A stretch of DNA of 64,000 nt from Octopus sinensis (GCF_006345805.1 NC_043012.1:45942001-46006000); one strand, 5' to 3'; counted from the stretch's first letter, positions 13,941 through 26,183 are shown. Numbers and translations: made by a program. Notes: generated by a model not told the origin, from the sequence alone.

Positions 13941-14122
13941 CGGAGATTTACTTGCATAGCGAGTGACTTGATCTGAGATCGTATGCTGGAACGAAAACAA
14001 TTGCAGCGTGGAAGGTGTTTATAAGACATTTAAGATACACACAAAACTGTTAGATTCACTTCAACATTTAATTTTAATTTGACAAAATATTTTCGTCGCT
14101 TTGAGACCGCGACCTGTTCACT
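13665..14122. mobile_element. Fold-back element with about 130-bp inverted arms, probably Penelope-like pseudo-LTR fragments
   Basis: 13665-13797 is the reverse complement of about 13997-14122 (TGTCAGTGAACAGGTCGCGG...CACCTTCCACGCTGCAATTGT); (TA)n runs inside and beside it. The inverted repeat is seen directly; the Penelope assignment is inferred. Confidence 0.6.
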
Positions 14123-14143
14123 GACAAATCTTCGAGGTGCATC

Positions 14144-14192
<49 letters not shown>

Positions 14193-14196
<4 letters not shown>

Positions 14197-14306
14197 GAAA
14201 TATTAGAATTTCTAATCTCTCTAAAGGAGACTACGGCAGCGGTTAATTTCCAGTCCCGCTGCCGTAGTCTTCTTTAGAGAGACTTAGACATCATAATATT
14301 TCTATT
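14193..14306. repeat. About 50-bp-arm hairpin
   Basis: TCTCTCTAAAGGAGACTACGGCAGCGG / 13-nt loop / CCGCTGCCGTAGTCTTCTTTAGAGAGA, with outer arms AATAGAAATATTA / TAATATTTCTATT. Confidence 0.9.
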
Positions 14307-14350
14307 TTTGAAAACCAATGGATGTATTCCACTGAAATTAGGTAAATAAT

Positions 14351-14600
14351 CCTTCGAACAGACGGTCAGCAGCGACGCCTGCTGGGTCTGGCTACTCTGC
14401 ATTGATATTGGGCAAATACCCTGAAACATGTCTGCAGATGTCTGACCATCAAGAGGAAGAAGCTCACCTCCCTTGTTCGAAGGTTATAAGGGACACAGGT
14501 TCGTGTGTCATATAGCCAGCTAGAGGCGATGGCCTCTTGGAGCTAATCAACGGCAGCTTAATTCATGGACTGCCATATCAGCTTGTTTGTGATAAGGTAC
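14351..14600 (+). ncRNA. Degenerate type I hammerhead plus structured RNA domain (copy A)
   Basis: Stem I GACGGTCA (14361) / TGACCATC (14443), stem II GGG-caaata-CCC, GAAAC-AT...AT-GTC triplet at 14440-14442; CUGAUGA box decayed (TTGATAT); downstream hairpins shared with copies B and C. Confidence 0.55.
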
Positions 14601-15736
14601 CCATCATAGGAATAAAGAAAGACATAATTCATTATATTAAAAGTTAGTTTATCGGAAAATAAAGTATAATATTGACAAATTGATCTAATACAATTTGTGG
14701 ATAGCAAACGTTTTATTCAAATGTTTGATTGAATACTTTGAAGATTTTATAAAATGAATCGAAAAGAAGGGGTGTTTTTTTTATATTATAAGTGGTCGAA
14801 ATGAATTGACAGCGATATTCCAGTCTGTTTTTATAGAATTAGTATTATTTATTTCAAATTCATAAATTTTGCATAGTTTCTAATGTTGAGTTAAGAATAA
14901 ATGAGGTTTATCATTTTTTTTTTGAAGTTGTAGGCGAAATGTGAAACAGCGGAATAATTACATTACCTGAAAACTTTCTGCTGGGTGATGTAATAAATAA
15001 CAGGATATTCTCTTAATTTTTTTTGTGGTATTGCAATGTATGTGAATGAGCCAGATGTTTGCAACAGTCGTTGAACAATATATGTGAGGACTTAAATAAA
15101 CTATGTTGGGTGATGTCAGTAAAAAGAAGACAAAATGAAAATAGATATTGTAGAATCTTACGAAGATTAATTAACAACATTATAATATTTCGGGAAACGT
15201 ACTCGTTATCAAGTAGAAATTAACATTACGCATAGACGTTAGTGAAGCATGCTGTTGTAGTCAAGCAATTGGAATAAGTAAATACCTTTACTATTTATAC
15301 CATATTTCCTATAGGAATTCAATCTCCAAATATTTAGCTGCAAACACAGATGAGAACTATCAATTTGAAGCAAATAAATAACTCATGAATATTATAAATT
15401 ACTCTAATATATGCGTAGACATTAGTTGTTTCACCGACATCGCCATACTGGTGCCTTACTTTAGCTTAACTTCTGCTTTGAGATGCTTATTGCACCAAGG
15501 AGGGATTGTATATCATTATGCTTAGTAAAACCTGTAAATCGGTTTCTGTTTTAATTATCAGCAATCACTACGTTTGAATTAAAATTAAGCAAATCCAGAA
15601 CAAAACTTCAAAGTTGGTGTTTTACTTTACTTTTCATGATATGTAATGTAAAGAAAATTATATGATTTTGCATGGGAATTTCCCAAACTTTACAGGGTAA
15701 GTTCTTAATTTTAAAAAAATATTTTGCAATTAAATA

Positions 15737-16109
15737 TTTTTACTCTCTACTCTTTACTCTTTTACTCTTTTACTTGTTTCAGTGGCCATATTGGCCATAT
15801 TGTGGCCATATTGGAGCATCGCCTTTAGTTGAACACATAGACCCTAGGACTTATACTTTCCAAGCCTAGTACTTATTCTATCAGACTCTTTTCCCGAACC
15901 ACTAAGTTACGGGGGCGTAAACACACAGATTCGGTTGCCAAGTGGTGTTGGAGGGACAAACACAAACACACCAACATATACACACACATACATACATATA
16001 TCTCCTCACAAGGCTTTGGTTGGCCCGCGGTTATAGTAGAAGTCACTTGCCCAAGGTTCCACGCAGTGGGACTGAACCCAGAACCATGTAGTTCGTAAGC
16101 AAGCTACTT
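15737..16109 (-). mobile_element. SINE family A, body and tail (host of the two insertions)
   Basis: Colinear with 2020-2418 up to the target 15-mer at 16095-16109. Confidence 0.93.
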
Positions 16110-18435
16110 TATTTCATATCATTTGCCATAAAGGCAGTACATAGAGTAAGTTAGCTTTGCGGGCTGGACGAGGACATTAATGAAATGAATGATAATGAAA
16201 CAAAGATGATGGGGATGGGAGAAGACAAGAAGCGCCCGCCGACTTCTGCTTCTCTAAAACATTGTTCTTTTAAAAACAAACACAAAACGATGTATCAAAC
16301 CTCTTACAATTTTTACAAATTTTCAGTTTTTGGACTTAACAGTCCATTACTAATAACAACATAGTTCAATAATTACATATATAAATACAATACACAAAGC
16401 CCCTCCTCCCAGACCTGGCTTACACTTCCCTTAGGAATGCGCCAGCTCTAGGTCGGGGCCCCTCAAAGTGTATCACAATTTGACTCGTCCTCGAAATAAC
16501 TTGTGCCCGTATCCTCCACCATCCACCACGCCTCCCTCAGAATGTAATCGAGTTCCGAGTTAGCGTCGCCCGGGACCAAGCTATAATCCTCATTGAGCTC
16601 CTTCAGCCCAAGCGTCACGTCGAACTCCACGGCCTCCACAGCTACCTGTGGAGGCCATTCGGGGTCCTGTGTGAAGGCTAAAGGTGCTCCCTTGTGGTGC
16701 TTTTCCATCACCTTTTCGATCTCTCCGCCTCTATGGAAGAGGATCAATACCTCGTTTTTGCTCGGGTGCGGGATATTCAATTCTTTCGTTGGCGGCACAG
16801 TTCCCGCCAACGGTATTCCTTCTGTCGGTGGCACAATCCCAACCGACGTAGTTTCGGGACATTCCGGTGCTATGTCACCGACAGCCGGTAATGTCCCGTT
16901 TCTCTTCCTCTTTTTCTTTTTTTCTTTTCAGCTGAGGGAGGGTGCGTCTCCTCCGTGGCCGGAAGATTCGCCTTTCCCTCCTCATCCCTAGTATCCTTTG
17001 GTGAGCACCCATTGTTGCTGACCTTCCTCTTTCGGCCTCTGTTTGATGAGTCCTCCGCTTCCTCGGCCGTTTTCATTCCCTCTTCTACAGGGGTTTCACT
17101 TAACTGTTCCGGGATTCTATTTTGTTCCCGGGGACAGTTCTTCTTTATATGGCCGGACTCCAAGCACCGATGACAATTAGGAGGATACCTCAAGCATCAC
17201 CGGATACCTGCACCCGGCCATTTTCAAAAAATCTGGAAGAACCAGATTGGCTGATTGGGTCCAAAGGGTCAAAATTGCCTTTGACCCAACCCAAGCAGCC
17301 GCAGGTAGAACTTTCACATTAAGGAGCTTAGTTTCGCTGCTACCCAGACCCCGGCGGATAGTCTCCTCTATCCACTCGGGTTTTATCCCGGGTGGCAGCC
17401 CGCAAATCCAAGCTTTCGTGAGTCTATTTTTTTGGTACGTGGGCAGGAATAAAATTTCCTTACCCTCCAGGGGTTTACTAGCAAATTTGCAAGCCTCTTC
17501 AGGGGTGTCAAATAGCAACCACACCGTTGCATATTTGACACCCCTGGAAATGAATTTAATTGTTGGCAAATACTCTGCCAACTCCTTTTCAATTGCCGTC
17601 TTTTCGAATAGGGCGATGGTGTCGAGTGCCTTGGAGTAGGTTCTCAACACCACCGTCCTATCTTCACGGTCTTTTAACCACTTTTTAGGCGGTATGATCT
17701 CCCATTCCAAAATTTTGTATTTTTTCATTGCCATGTTTTTTTTTGTTTTTTTTAAATATATTCAAATTAAACTTAAAAAGCGAGAAGAAAAAAGTTCAAA
17801 AGTCCAAATAAAATTTGATAGATTTTTGGAAAAACAAAAAGGAGAAAGCACAACAGAAGGGAAGAAATCAACGGAAAGTCGCAATAAACAAAAAAAAAAA
17901 ACAAAAGGGGGAGTTAAATGAAGTTCAAAAGAAAGTTAATAAACAGAAAAAACACAGCAAAGATCTTCTGGCCTTACGGTACTCCCGGCCTGAGTTGAAC
18001 CTGGAACGCCGCAACTGGAACACAACCTCCACAAAAATGGGTCCGAAAGGTAATCCAAAAGTGGCTTATTCTTATAATTTTCTTGCGAAATACTCCGACA
18101 AAGGAATAAATTCAACAAACCCAAACACAGCACTGGCTACGGTAATTTTAACAGTAACTGTATTGGGTTCCGAGGATACGCCCCTCCACTGTTTTTTTTC
18201 TCCAATAAACACAAAAACAAAGTAGCCGCCGAGAGCAGGCGAAATTGTCTCAGAGTTGGACACAACTTACTGAAATAATAATTAGCACGCAATAAATTGT
18301 GCCCAACTCACAATAAACAAAATCACTCACCTCGACAACTTTCTGTTTTTGGTCTTTTTTCTATAATTGGACGGAGCTGGTTAACTCACGTCCACTCTGG
18401 CTCAACAGGAAGCAACTGACTAACTGCGCACGTGT
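16110..18435 (-). mobile_element. ORF1-only L1/Tx1-like non-autonomous retroposon, element 1 (2.3 kb)
   Basis: Bounded by GT(A/T)AGCAAGCTACTT repeats at 16095-16109 and 18436-18450; one gag-like ORF; 350-bp 3' UTR ending GTACTGCC..GGCAAAT..ATGAAATA; no EN or RT sequence. Confidence 0.8.
16463..17734 (-). pseudogene. ORF1 protein (RRM-like region, CCHC zinc knuckle, acidic/basic linker, WPPQV domain), two frameshifts
   Basis: ORFs 17177-17734, 16870-17193 and 16463-16834 join into about 420 codons; PPNCHRCLESGHIKKNCP is a Cx2Cx4Hx4C knuckle; frameshifts near 17185 and in the A-run near 16915. Confidence 0.8.
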
Positions 18436-18450
18436 GTTAGCAAGCTACTT

Positions 18451-20445
18451 TATTTCATTAAAATTTCCCACGAGGGCAGTACAAAGAGTAGCTGCGGGTT
18501 GGACAAAAACATTACAACAGCGAAAATTGTCTTACGATTCTTCTTGTCAGGTCCCCCGACCTAATTGACGTGCCGCCTGCAGGCAACTCTGCATCTACAG
18601 GTCGGGGCCTGAAAACAGAACAGCGAATTCTTTCTTGTCAAAGGTCGCTGTGACCTTTGACGAAGTTTTTTTCTGTAATAGCCTCCGCAGTCACCTGTGG
18701 AGGCCAATTCGGACAGCTTCTGTCGTACGAGTACATTCGTCCTAGTTCGCCCATGCTGTCCAGAAATTTGCTAAACTTTCCTCCCTCGCGATAAAGGAGG
18801 ACAACCGTTCCCTCTTCAGGAGAAGGTACTTCATGCTGCTCCGTCAGTGGCACACTTCCCACTGACGGAGCCCTCTCCGCAATTGGCACACATCCCACTT
18901 GCGGCTCCGTCTGCGACTCATGAACATCAGCCGCCCGACCTCTATTTCTTTTTCTCCTCCTTTTTTGGGGGGAGACTGCTGACCCAGGGGCTTCAGTCAG
19001 CAGACATGGGAGGTCGTTATCCCCCTCCGCCACCTGAGCATTCTTTGGCGAGCAACCATTGTTGCTCGCCTGTCTTTTTCTTTTCGTGGAGGCGATTTCC
19101 TCCACGACTTCCACCGTCTCCCCCTCCAATGAGGGGGCGGCGGGCACCTTTTCCTCTTCATGCTCCGGGGCACCACCACGGCCCCCGGGACAATTCCTCT
19201 TGATATGTCCGGGCTCCAGGCACAGGTGACACTTGGGAGGGGGGCGTCCCTCGAGTATCACCGGGTACCTGTGCCCGGCCATTCTCAGGAAGTCTGGGAA
19301 TCTCATCTCTTCCACGGCTACCGGGGTCCACAGGGTCAAGGTTGCCTTTGACCCCTCCCAGGCGACCGCGGGAGTCATTTTTATACTCAGTAGCCTGGGT
19401 CCGCTATCCCCCAGGCCTCGTCGGATGGTCTTCTCGATCCATCCCGCCTCCGTGCCCGGGGGCAGCCCACAAACCCAGGCTCTTTTTATTTTTCTGCCAC
19501 AATACGAGGGGAGGAGCAAAATTTCCTCTCCCTCCAGGGGCTCGCTAGCAAATCTGCTAGCTTCCTCGGGGGAACCAAACAGCAACCACACCGTTGCAAA
19601 TTTAGTCCCCCGAGAAATAAACTTTATAGTTGGCAGGTGGTCCACCAACTCTCTTTCTATTGTACTCCTGTCGAAGAGGGCGATGGCCCCACGCGACCTA
19701 GAATAGATTCGTAGGACCACCGTCCTCTTCTCAAGACTTTTAATCACTGCTTGGGTGGGACAACCTCCCACTCCAAAGCAGTGGTTTCATTTTTTTTTGC
19801 CATGTGAAAGAAGTTCAAAGTTCAAAATAAAATATGATAGATTGAAACAAAGTAGGGAAGGTACTCAAAGGAGAAGCACAACAGAAAGGAAGAAATTAAC
19901 AGAAAGTCACAATAAACAAAAAAAACAAAAAGAGAAGTTAAATAAAGTTCAAAATAAAGTCACAGCAAAAATCGTCTGGCCTTACGGTACTCCGGCCTGA
20001 GTTGAACCTGGAACGCCGCAACACAACCTCCACAAAAATTGGTCCAAAGGGTAATTCAAAAGTGGCTTGATACTCCGACAAAGGAATCAATTTTCCGGCC
20101 GAAAAGGTACTCCTGGCCGTCTAATGGTGGAATAAATTCCAACTGGAATTAATTTTTGAGGAGGGGCTACGCCTCCTCAAAAAACAATTCTCACTGCAAG
20201 GTGAGTCTTTATACCCGACAACAGGCAGGAAAAAATACCTGGAGCAAAGTGAAGTTTATTACCTGCTAAAAATTGTTAATGCTAACTAACATTAAATGTT
20301 AAAACCATTAAAAGCAAGCAATAAAATTCACTAAACTCTGAAAAATATACTAATTGCCTACATGTCGTCGAGTCAAAAGTTCAACATTTCACGTTAAAAC
20401 ACGTGACAACTGGAGTAGCAAAAAACACGTCCGACCACGTCAGAT
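18451..20445 (-). mobile_element. ORF1-only L1/Tx1-like non-autonomous retroposon, element 2 (2.0 kb)
   Basis: Bounded by identical GTTAGCAAGCTACTT at 18436-18450 and 20446-20460; same 3' terminus motif GTACTGCCCTCGTGGGAAAT..ATGAAATA; 5' UTR homologous to element 1; no EN or RT. Confidence 0.8.
18638..19803 (-). pseudogene. ORF1 protein of element 2 (377-aa open stretch; N-terminus disrupted)
   Basis: EGRPPPKCHLCLEPGHIKRNCP knuckle; about 63% identity to element 1 over 136 aligned residues (manual count); ATG at 19803 gives LEWEVVPPKQ* matching LEWEIIPPKKW, with TGG>TGA and a one-base loss in an A-run. Confidence 0.8.
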
Positions 20446-20478
20446 GTTAGCAAGCTACTTATCACACAGCCACTCCTA
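20446..20478 (-). mobile_element. SINE family A head (A box), displaced 4.3 kb from its body
   Basis: GTTAGCAAGCTACTTATCACACAGCCACTCCT matches 2404-2435. Confidence 0.9.
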
Positions 20479-21744
20479 CGGCTATTCTAAACAATTTGCT
20501 CGTGTGTATCGATTTAGGTGAAATATATACCAATTTTCGAGGTACAACATATGAGAATAATAACGATCAACCGCCCTCAAAATACTTTTGAAAATATGAT
20601 TTATTTATTTGTCTAAATAATCAGATTTGCTAGCATTTTATTTAAATTTGGACTGTACTACTTTCAAAAGACTATATTGCATAATTTGCTACTTAAATAG
20701 CAATACAAAAGCCAAAACGGTAAAACTACAAATATAGACTTGCATAGTGGGCAATCACTATGATGGCATGGATTTCAAAATTCATACGCAAAGTAATTAA
20801 AAGAATGTTATTAACTGATTTTAAATGAGAACTGGAAATATATTGTGAATCAATTTCTCAGACTAAGTCCGCAACAGCACTCACTCCATATGACTAACAT
20901 ATTCAAAGTATAACAGTCAGGATTAATGCAAAGGAATATGACTCCCAACAAGATCAAGGAATACTGCATTGGCATTCTAGAAAAATGTCCTCTAGGATTT
21001 GCATCTATATCTAACTTTTTCAGAAACTATTTCCGCTGCTGAGCATATCAGGTTCATACTGAAACATTTTATATTTCATAAGTGTAAGACTAAATCATAG
21101 ACATGCTGTAATAAACCGCCATTAATCGATAAATTTAAATATAATACGTCTATTTCATTCTAAAAATATATAAGGAGTGGTATAAAAGGCAATATAAGAA
21201 CAATATAAAACAATATAAACAACATAAGAACAATATAAAACAATATAAAAGTATAGTATAGAACAAGTATATAACATCTATCATACATATATGTTGAGAG
21301 AAAATTACCAGATTTATATTAGAAATTAGCAAAGAAGTTCAGTAATTTTTATTCGCAAGAGATAGACTTCGTTCTAATTTACTAACTTGCTCAAAATAAT
21401 TTAACTTAGTATTTAATAATTGATACAAATATCCAGTATTAACAAACACTAATTTACGTCATATGTAAACAAACATAAGTTTGATTTTGAAGCGTTGAAA
21501 TGTATTGCAGAAAAACGTAGAAAGCTACACGTAAATACTGAACAGTATATATAAAGGATAACATTCTTTTAAAAGCAGAAAAATTTGCCGGCAACCAGCT
21601 CTTAAAAGCATTTTAGTTGGAAAAATATATCTTTGTACTTGTTCTAAAACACTAATTGATTTTTATAATATATGAATACATATGCGATGCGCACGTCTGT
21701 ATATGTATATCTGTATACATATATCAAAAATGTCAAAATCTCTT

Positions 21745-21915
21745 CCCGGTCCATAGGCGCACAAGGAGTTGGAACGCTGGTCTGTTGCAGAATTACTCAT
21801 TTGTCAAAGCTGAGTGGACGGGAACAACGTGAAATAAAATGCTTTGCCTGACAGCAATCGAGACCACTCTTAGGGTCATGAGTCGAGCACAGTAACTACT
21901 GGATCATGCGACTCC
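21745..21915 (-). mobile_element. SINE family C fragment
   Basis: AGCTGAGTGGACGGGAACAACGTGAAAT motif and a decayed tRNA-like head. Confidence 0.5.
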
Positions 21916-21938
21916 ACATATATACAAGTATAATACAT

Positions 21939-22315
21939 AGGCGTGGCTGTGTGGTACGAAGTTTCCTTCTCATTTACGTTGTCCCGGGTTTAATCCCACT
22001 GCGTGGCAACTTGTCTTCCACAAGTGACTTCTACTACGACCTCAAGTCGACTTGTGAGTGCATTTGGTAGACGGAACCTGGAAGAAGCCCGTTGAGCATG
22101 CAAATGTATGGGCGTGTGTCTCTTTGTGACTGTGTTTTTCCCTCACTAACACCAGTTAATAACCGGTGTTGGTGTATTTATATCCACATAACTTAACTGT
22201 TCGGCAAGAGATTGATAGAGTAAGTAATAGACTTTAAAAGATATGAACTGGTTCGATTCATTCCACTAAAAATTCTTCAAGGCGGTCCTCTAGCATGGCG
22301 ACAGTCAAAAATGAA
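21939..22315 (+). mobile_element. SINE family A (diverged, full length)
   Basis: GGCGTGGCTGTGTGGTA head, TTTGGTAGACGGAA body, GGCGGTCCTCTAGCATGGC 3' part. Confidence 0.88.
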
Positions 22316-22471
22316 CACACATGCACACGCACGCACGCACGCACACACACACGCACACGCACACACACGCCTCACCCCATGCACTCCCGACACTCTCTCT
22401 CTCTCTCATAAATATTGATTTACTAATAGGTACACAGTTGAATAGATAAGTTATAGACTATACATATAACC

Positions 22472-22725
22472 GTGGCTTAATGGTTAGGGTGTTGCACTCA
22501 TGATTGAGAGATCGCGGTTTCAGTTCCCAGACGGAACGTTGTGTTCTGAAGCAAACGACTTCATTTCACGTTGCTCTGTGATCATTTCGTCATTTGGCAT
22601 GTCACATACTGTGCGCAGTAACATCGATTTGATGTAAGGAGTGAGCTTATGTTAATACAAACATTTGAACACTATGAGCAAATCATCTGTGTGGTTGTTC
22701 GACGTATGAGGGGTAGCTGACCACT
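22472..22725 (+). mobile_element. tRNA-derived SINE, family C
   Basis: TGGCTTAATGGTTAGGG (A box) ... GGTTTCAGTTCCC (B box), then TTCATTTCACGTTGCTC. Confidence 0.65.
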
Positions 22726-22920
22726 CATCCATCGTCTACGATGGAAGAGTCCATGATATTTATATATGTGTGTGTGTATACATATGTGTGTAAGTGTATA
22801 AACGTGTGTGTGTACGTGTGCAAGTGAATCTGTGGTCTGTGTGTACCTGTGTATGTGTGTAATTTTATTTTACATATACAAGCATATATGTATGTATGTA
22901 TGTATGAATATATATGTATG

Positions 22921-22960
<40 letters not shown>

Positions 22961-24090
22961 CATACAGACATACATACATACAAACATTCACACTCAACCA
23001 CACATATATTTATATGTATATATCTGTGTGTGTGTGTTTGCACGTCCATCTGTATATGAATATGCGTGAAGGTGTGATTATGTGAAAGCGAGATAGTGTG
23101 TTAATTAATAGAAAGGGAAACGTTTTGACTAAATAGTAATTATACGTCTTGTCCCCTTTGAATGAGTAGAGTGATATTTAACGCTTTGTTGCATTTGTTT
23201 TAATACTTAAACTCTAACTTCAATAAAAATTCATTTACATATAACGTGATATGTGCTAAAATCCTATGTCTAACGGAAAGCTTCAAACATATTACCTCCA
23301 TATATTTTCCCAAATAGTCAAACATATACACTGTGATAATGATCTATTTTGCTTCGTTTGAATTTAGGACACATTTTTAATATGGAAGAAATAGTGTTTT
23401 GTAAATATCCAAAATTGGCTCCATAAATTTCCGAAATGTATTGAAGACAATAAAATATCTTTGCTTTGAGGTGTCTGATAAATTCAAGTAAAACATCAGC
23501 CATATCACGTAGTTTTTTGTCTTGATTTCTTTTTCTTGTGAAGGGCTTTTGTCTGTCTGCTGTTTCACTTTACTTCTAGTACATAACCTAAACGCAACAT
23601 CAATTTCGTACAATAAATATTGCGAGCCAGTCTGACTCAATTATTTTAAGTGCACTTGGTAAGGTGACGGTGGTGTTCAAGGAACGGTACAAAGCGAGCT
23701 AAATGCTTACATATATTAAGTAATGTTCGCCTTCGTTTGCACTTAAAATGCCTTTCATCTTAAGAATCATCGACCTAGATTTATCCTATCAATTACTTTC
23801 CCTTACTACGTAATTCATACCGTAAAGAGATATAAATTTTCCTTCGCTAAAAGTCACATTTATCTTGCTATATTCAGAAACAAAATTCTTGTATTCCACT
23901 CTCAATATAATCCTCGATTCAATATTCAATATAATCCTTGATTTTATAATTTAAATTTCAACGGGAATCATATAATAATATTTTGTATATATACATACAG
24001 ACAGGCATACATGTACATGTAACTATGTATCTATGTATGTGTGAATATATATATACAGACATGCATACATACATATACATACATACATAT

Positions 24091-24178
<88 letters not shown>

Positions 24179-25127
24179 TAAACGAAAACATCATTTGTTC
24201 ATGTTATATTTTAGGAAATTTATTTTCCAAATAAGCATATAATGCGAAACCTATTTATCAGATCGCGTTCAGTCATAGCGTATAAAACATTTATGCATAG
24301 CACATCGGGGGAGCGTAGATATACCGATATTTGCTTTATTTCTTTGCAATAATTTACAAAACCTTTGGCGATATTCCAATCTGCTACATGTCTTTGCAAT
24401 TAGGTGTGAAGACACAGAGTAGAAAATATAGGCAAATTTGGATTTATAGGTTGCCTTCTCTCAAAATATATGTAATTATGTCTACTCTTAGGGAAGGCGT
24501 TTGGTTAATTTACTCTATTGATTATGTAAATAGGTTGGTGGTCGAGAAAAAATGCATTTTATGTTCCAGAATTTCTTAGAGGCATGGTAAGATAAAAAAA
24601 AAAAGGAAATATAATCGACTTCACTTATCTGAAAATTCTGATGTAAATTCTTCCACATTTAAATTGAAGAGGGGTAGAAAATACTCATATCTCGTGAGAT
24701 ATGCTTTTGTGTTAATAAGGAAAAAACTGAAGCATTGCTATAATGATGATTTATTTTTTACTTTATGTTGCATTGATAGTAAAAAAAAAAAGGAAATTAT
24801 GTCGTTCCTCTTGGTTTTCCTCTAATTTTATAAGGTACCAGTAAAGTTACGAGCAAGCATAATTCATCACTCCACTTTCTCTCTCAACCATCTGAAAATC
24901 TATGATATTACAGCTAGGCAGATAGGGAAGGATGGACCAGGACTAGATTAATAAATTTTCAGCAGAGTTGATTGGCGAAATGTGAAATGAGGTAACATAC
25001 TCAAGAACAAAGCACGTATTCTGGTCCGGCAATCGGAATACATATATATGCTTGGATCTGTATTAGCTTCTTCTTAGGGGTGATGGGTAAAAAGTGTAAA
25101 GGTATATATATATAGATGTACATAGAA

Positions 25128-25186
<59 letters not shown>

Positions 25187-26032
25187 TATATGGAGGGGGT
25201 ATGTATATGCGTAAGTATATGCATGTATCTCTGTGATGACAGCACCGCATGACTGGATTCCGTGCTAGTGGAGCGCTAAGAGCACTATTCGAGCGATATC
25301 GTTGCCAGTACGGCCTTATTGGCCCTCGTGCCTGTGGCACGTAAGAGCACCCACCACACTCAACAGCGAATCAGTTAATGAATATATCTTATTAGCAAAT
25401 ATAAACCAAAATTACATGCTTACCGTTTTATTTTGCATAGAACACTGAAAATATGTTTTTTTAATAACTGAACAATAACATTTTTCCGCTAAAAACTTTT
25501 AGCGGAAAGTTTTTGTGAAAACCGAAAACTCTTTAATTAAAAGCAAAAGGACAGCTGTAAATATCATCATAAGCGAGAGCCAGTTCGGCTACAATCATTG
25601 TCTTGAAAATGACATAACTTGCATTTCTATTCAAAATTACCCACACGGGCTACTAAAGCTCCATCGCGTAGGAACTTCTTTGAAAAGCAGAAAACGGTGC
25701 AAATCGGTCAGTAAGTTATGGTACACTTTACTTTCTGAGTGAAAATAATTTTTTCAAATAACACTTCTCTGTAAATTTAGACTTTGTAAAATATTTCAAT
25801 TTTTTCTCTTTTGGCAAAATATATTTCTACAATAAAATCACATTATTCTATAAACAAAAAGTGTAATAATTTATTTCAGTAAAATATTTTTTTATACAAA
25901 AAATATCATTGTTGTTTTAAATTTACATAAGTTTATATATAAAATAATTATATTAAAATTGGTTTTGGAAATATTCAAAATTCAAATATAGAATTGTCAA
26001 CCAGCTCTCTTAATCTTTAAATTTATCTCTCT

Positions 26033-26037
26033 ATCTC

Positions 26038-26124
<87 letters not shown>

Positions 26125-26160
26125 GTCTGTCTATCTGTCTGGCTGTCTGTCTGTCTGTCT
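26033..26160. repeat. (ATCT)n/(GTCT)n microsatellite
   Basis: Directly visible tetranucleotide run. Confidence 0.95.
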
Positions 26161-26183
26161 ATCCATCTCTCTATCTCAATATA

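Noticed and set aside
16095-20460. CRISPR-like or LTR-like interpretation of the three 15-bp repeats
   Set aside because: The spacers are 2-kb coding elements and the repeat is part of the host SINE, so it behaves as a target-site duplication; there are no LTR termini or cas genes
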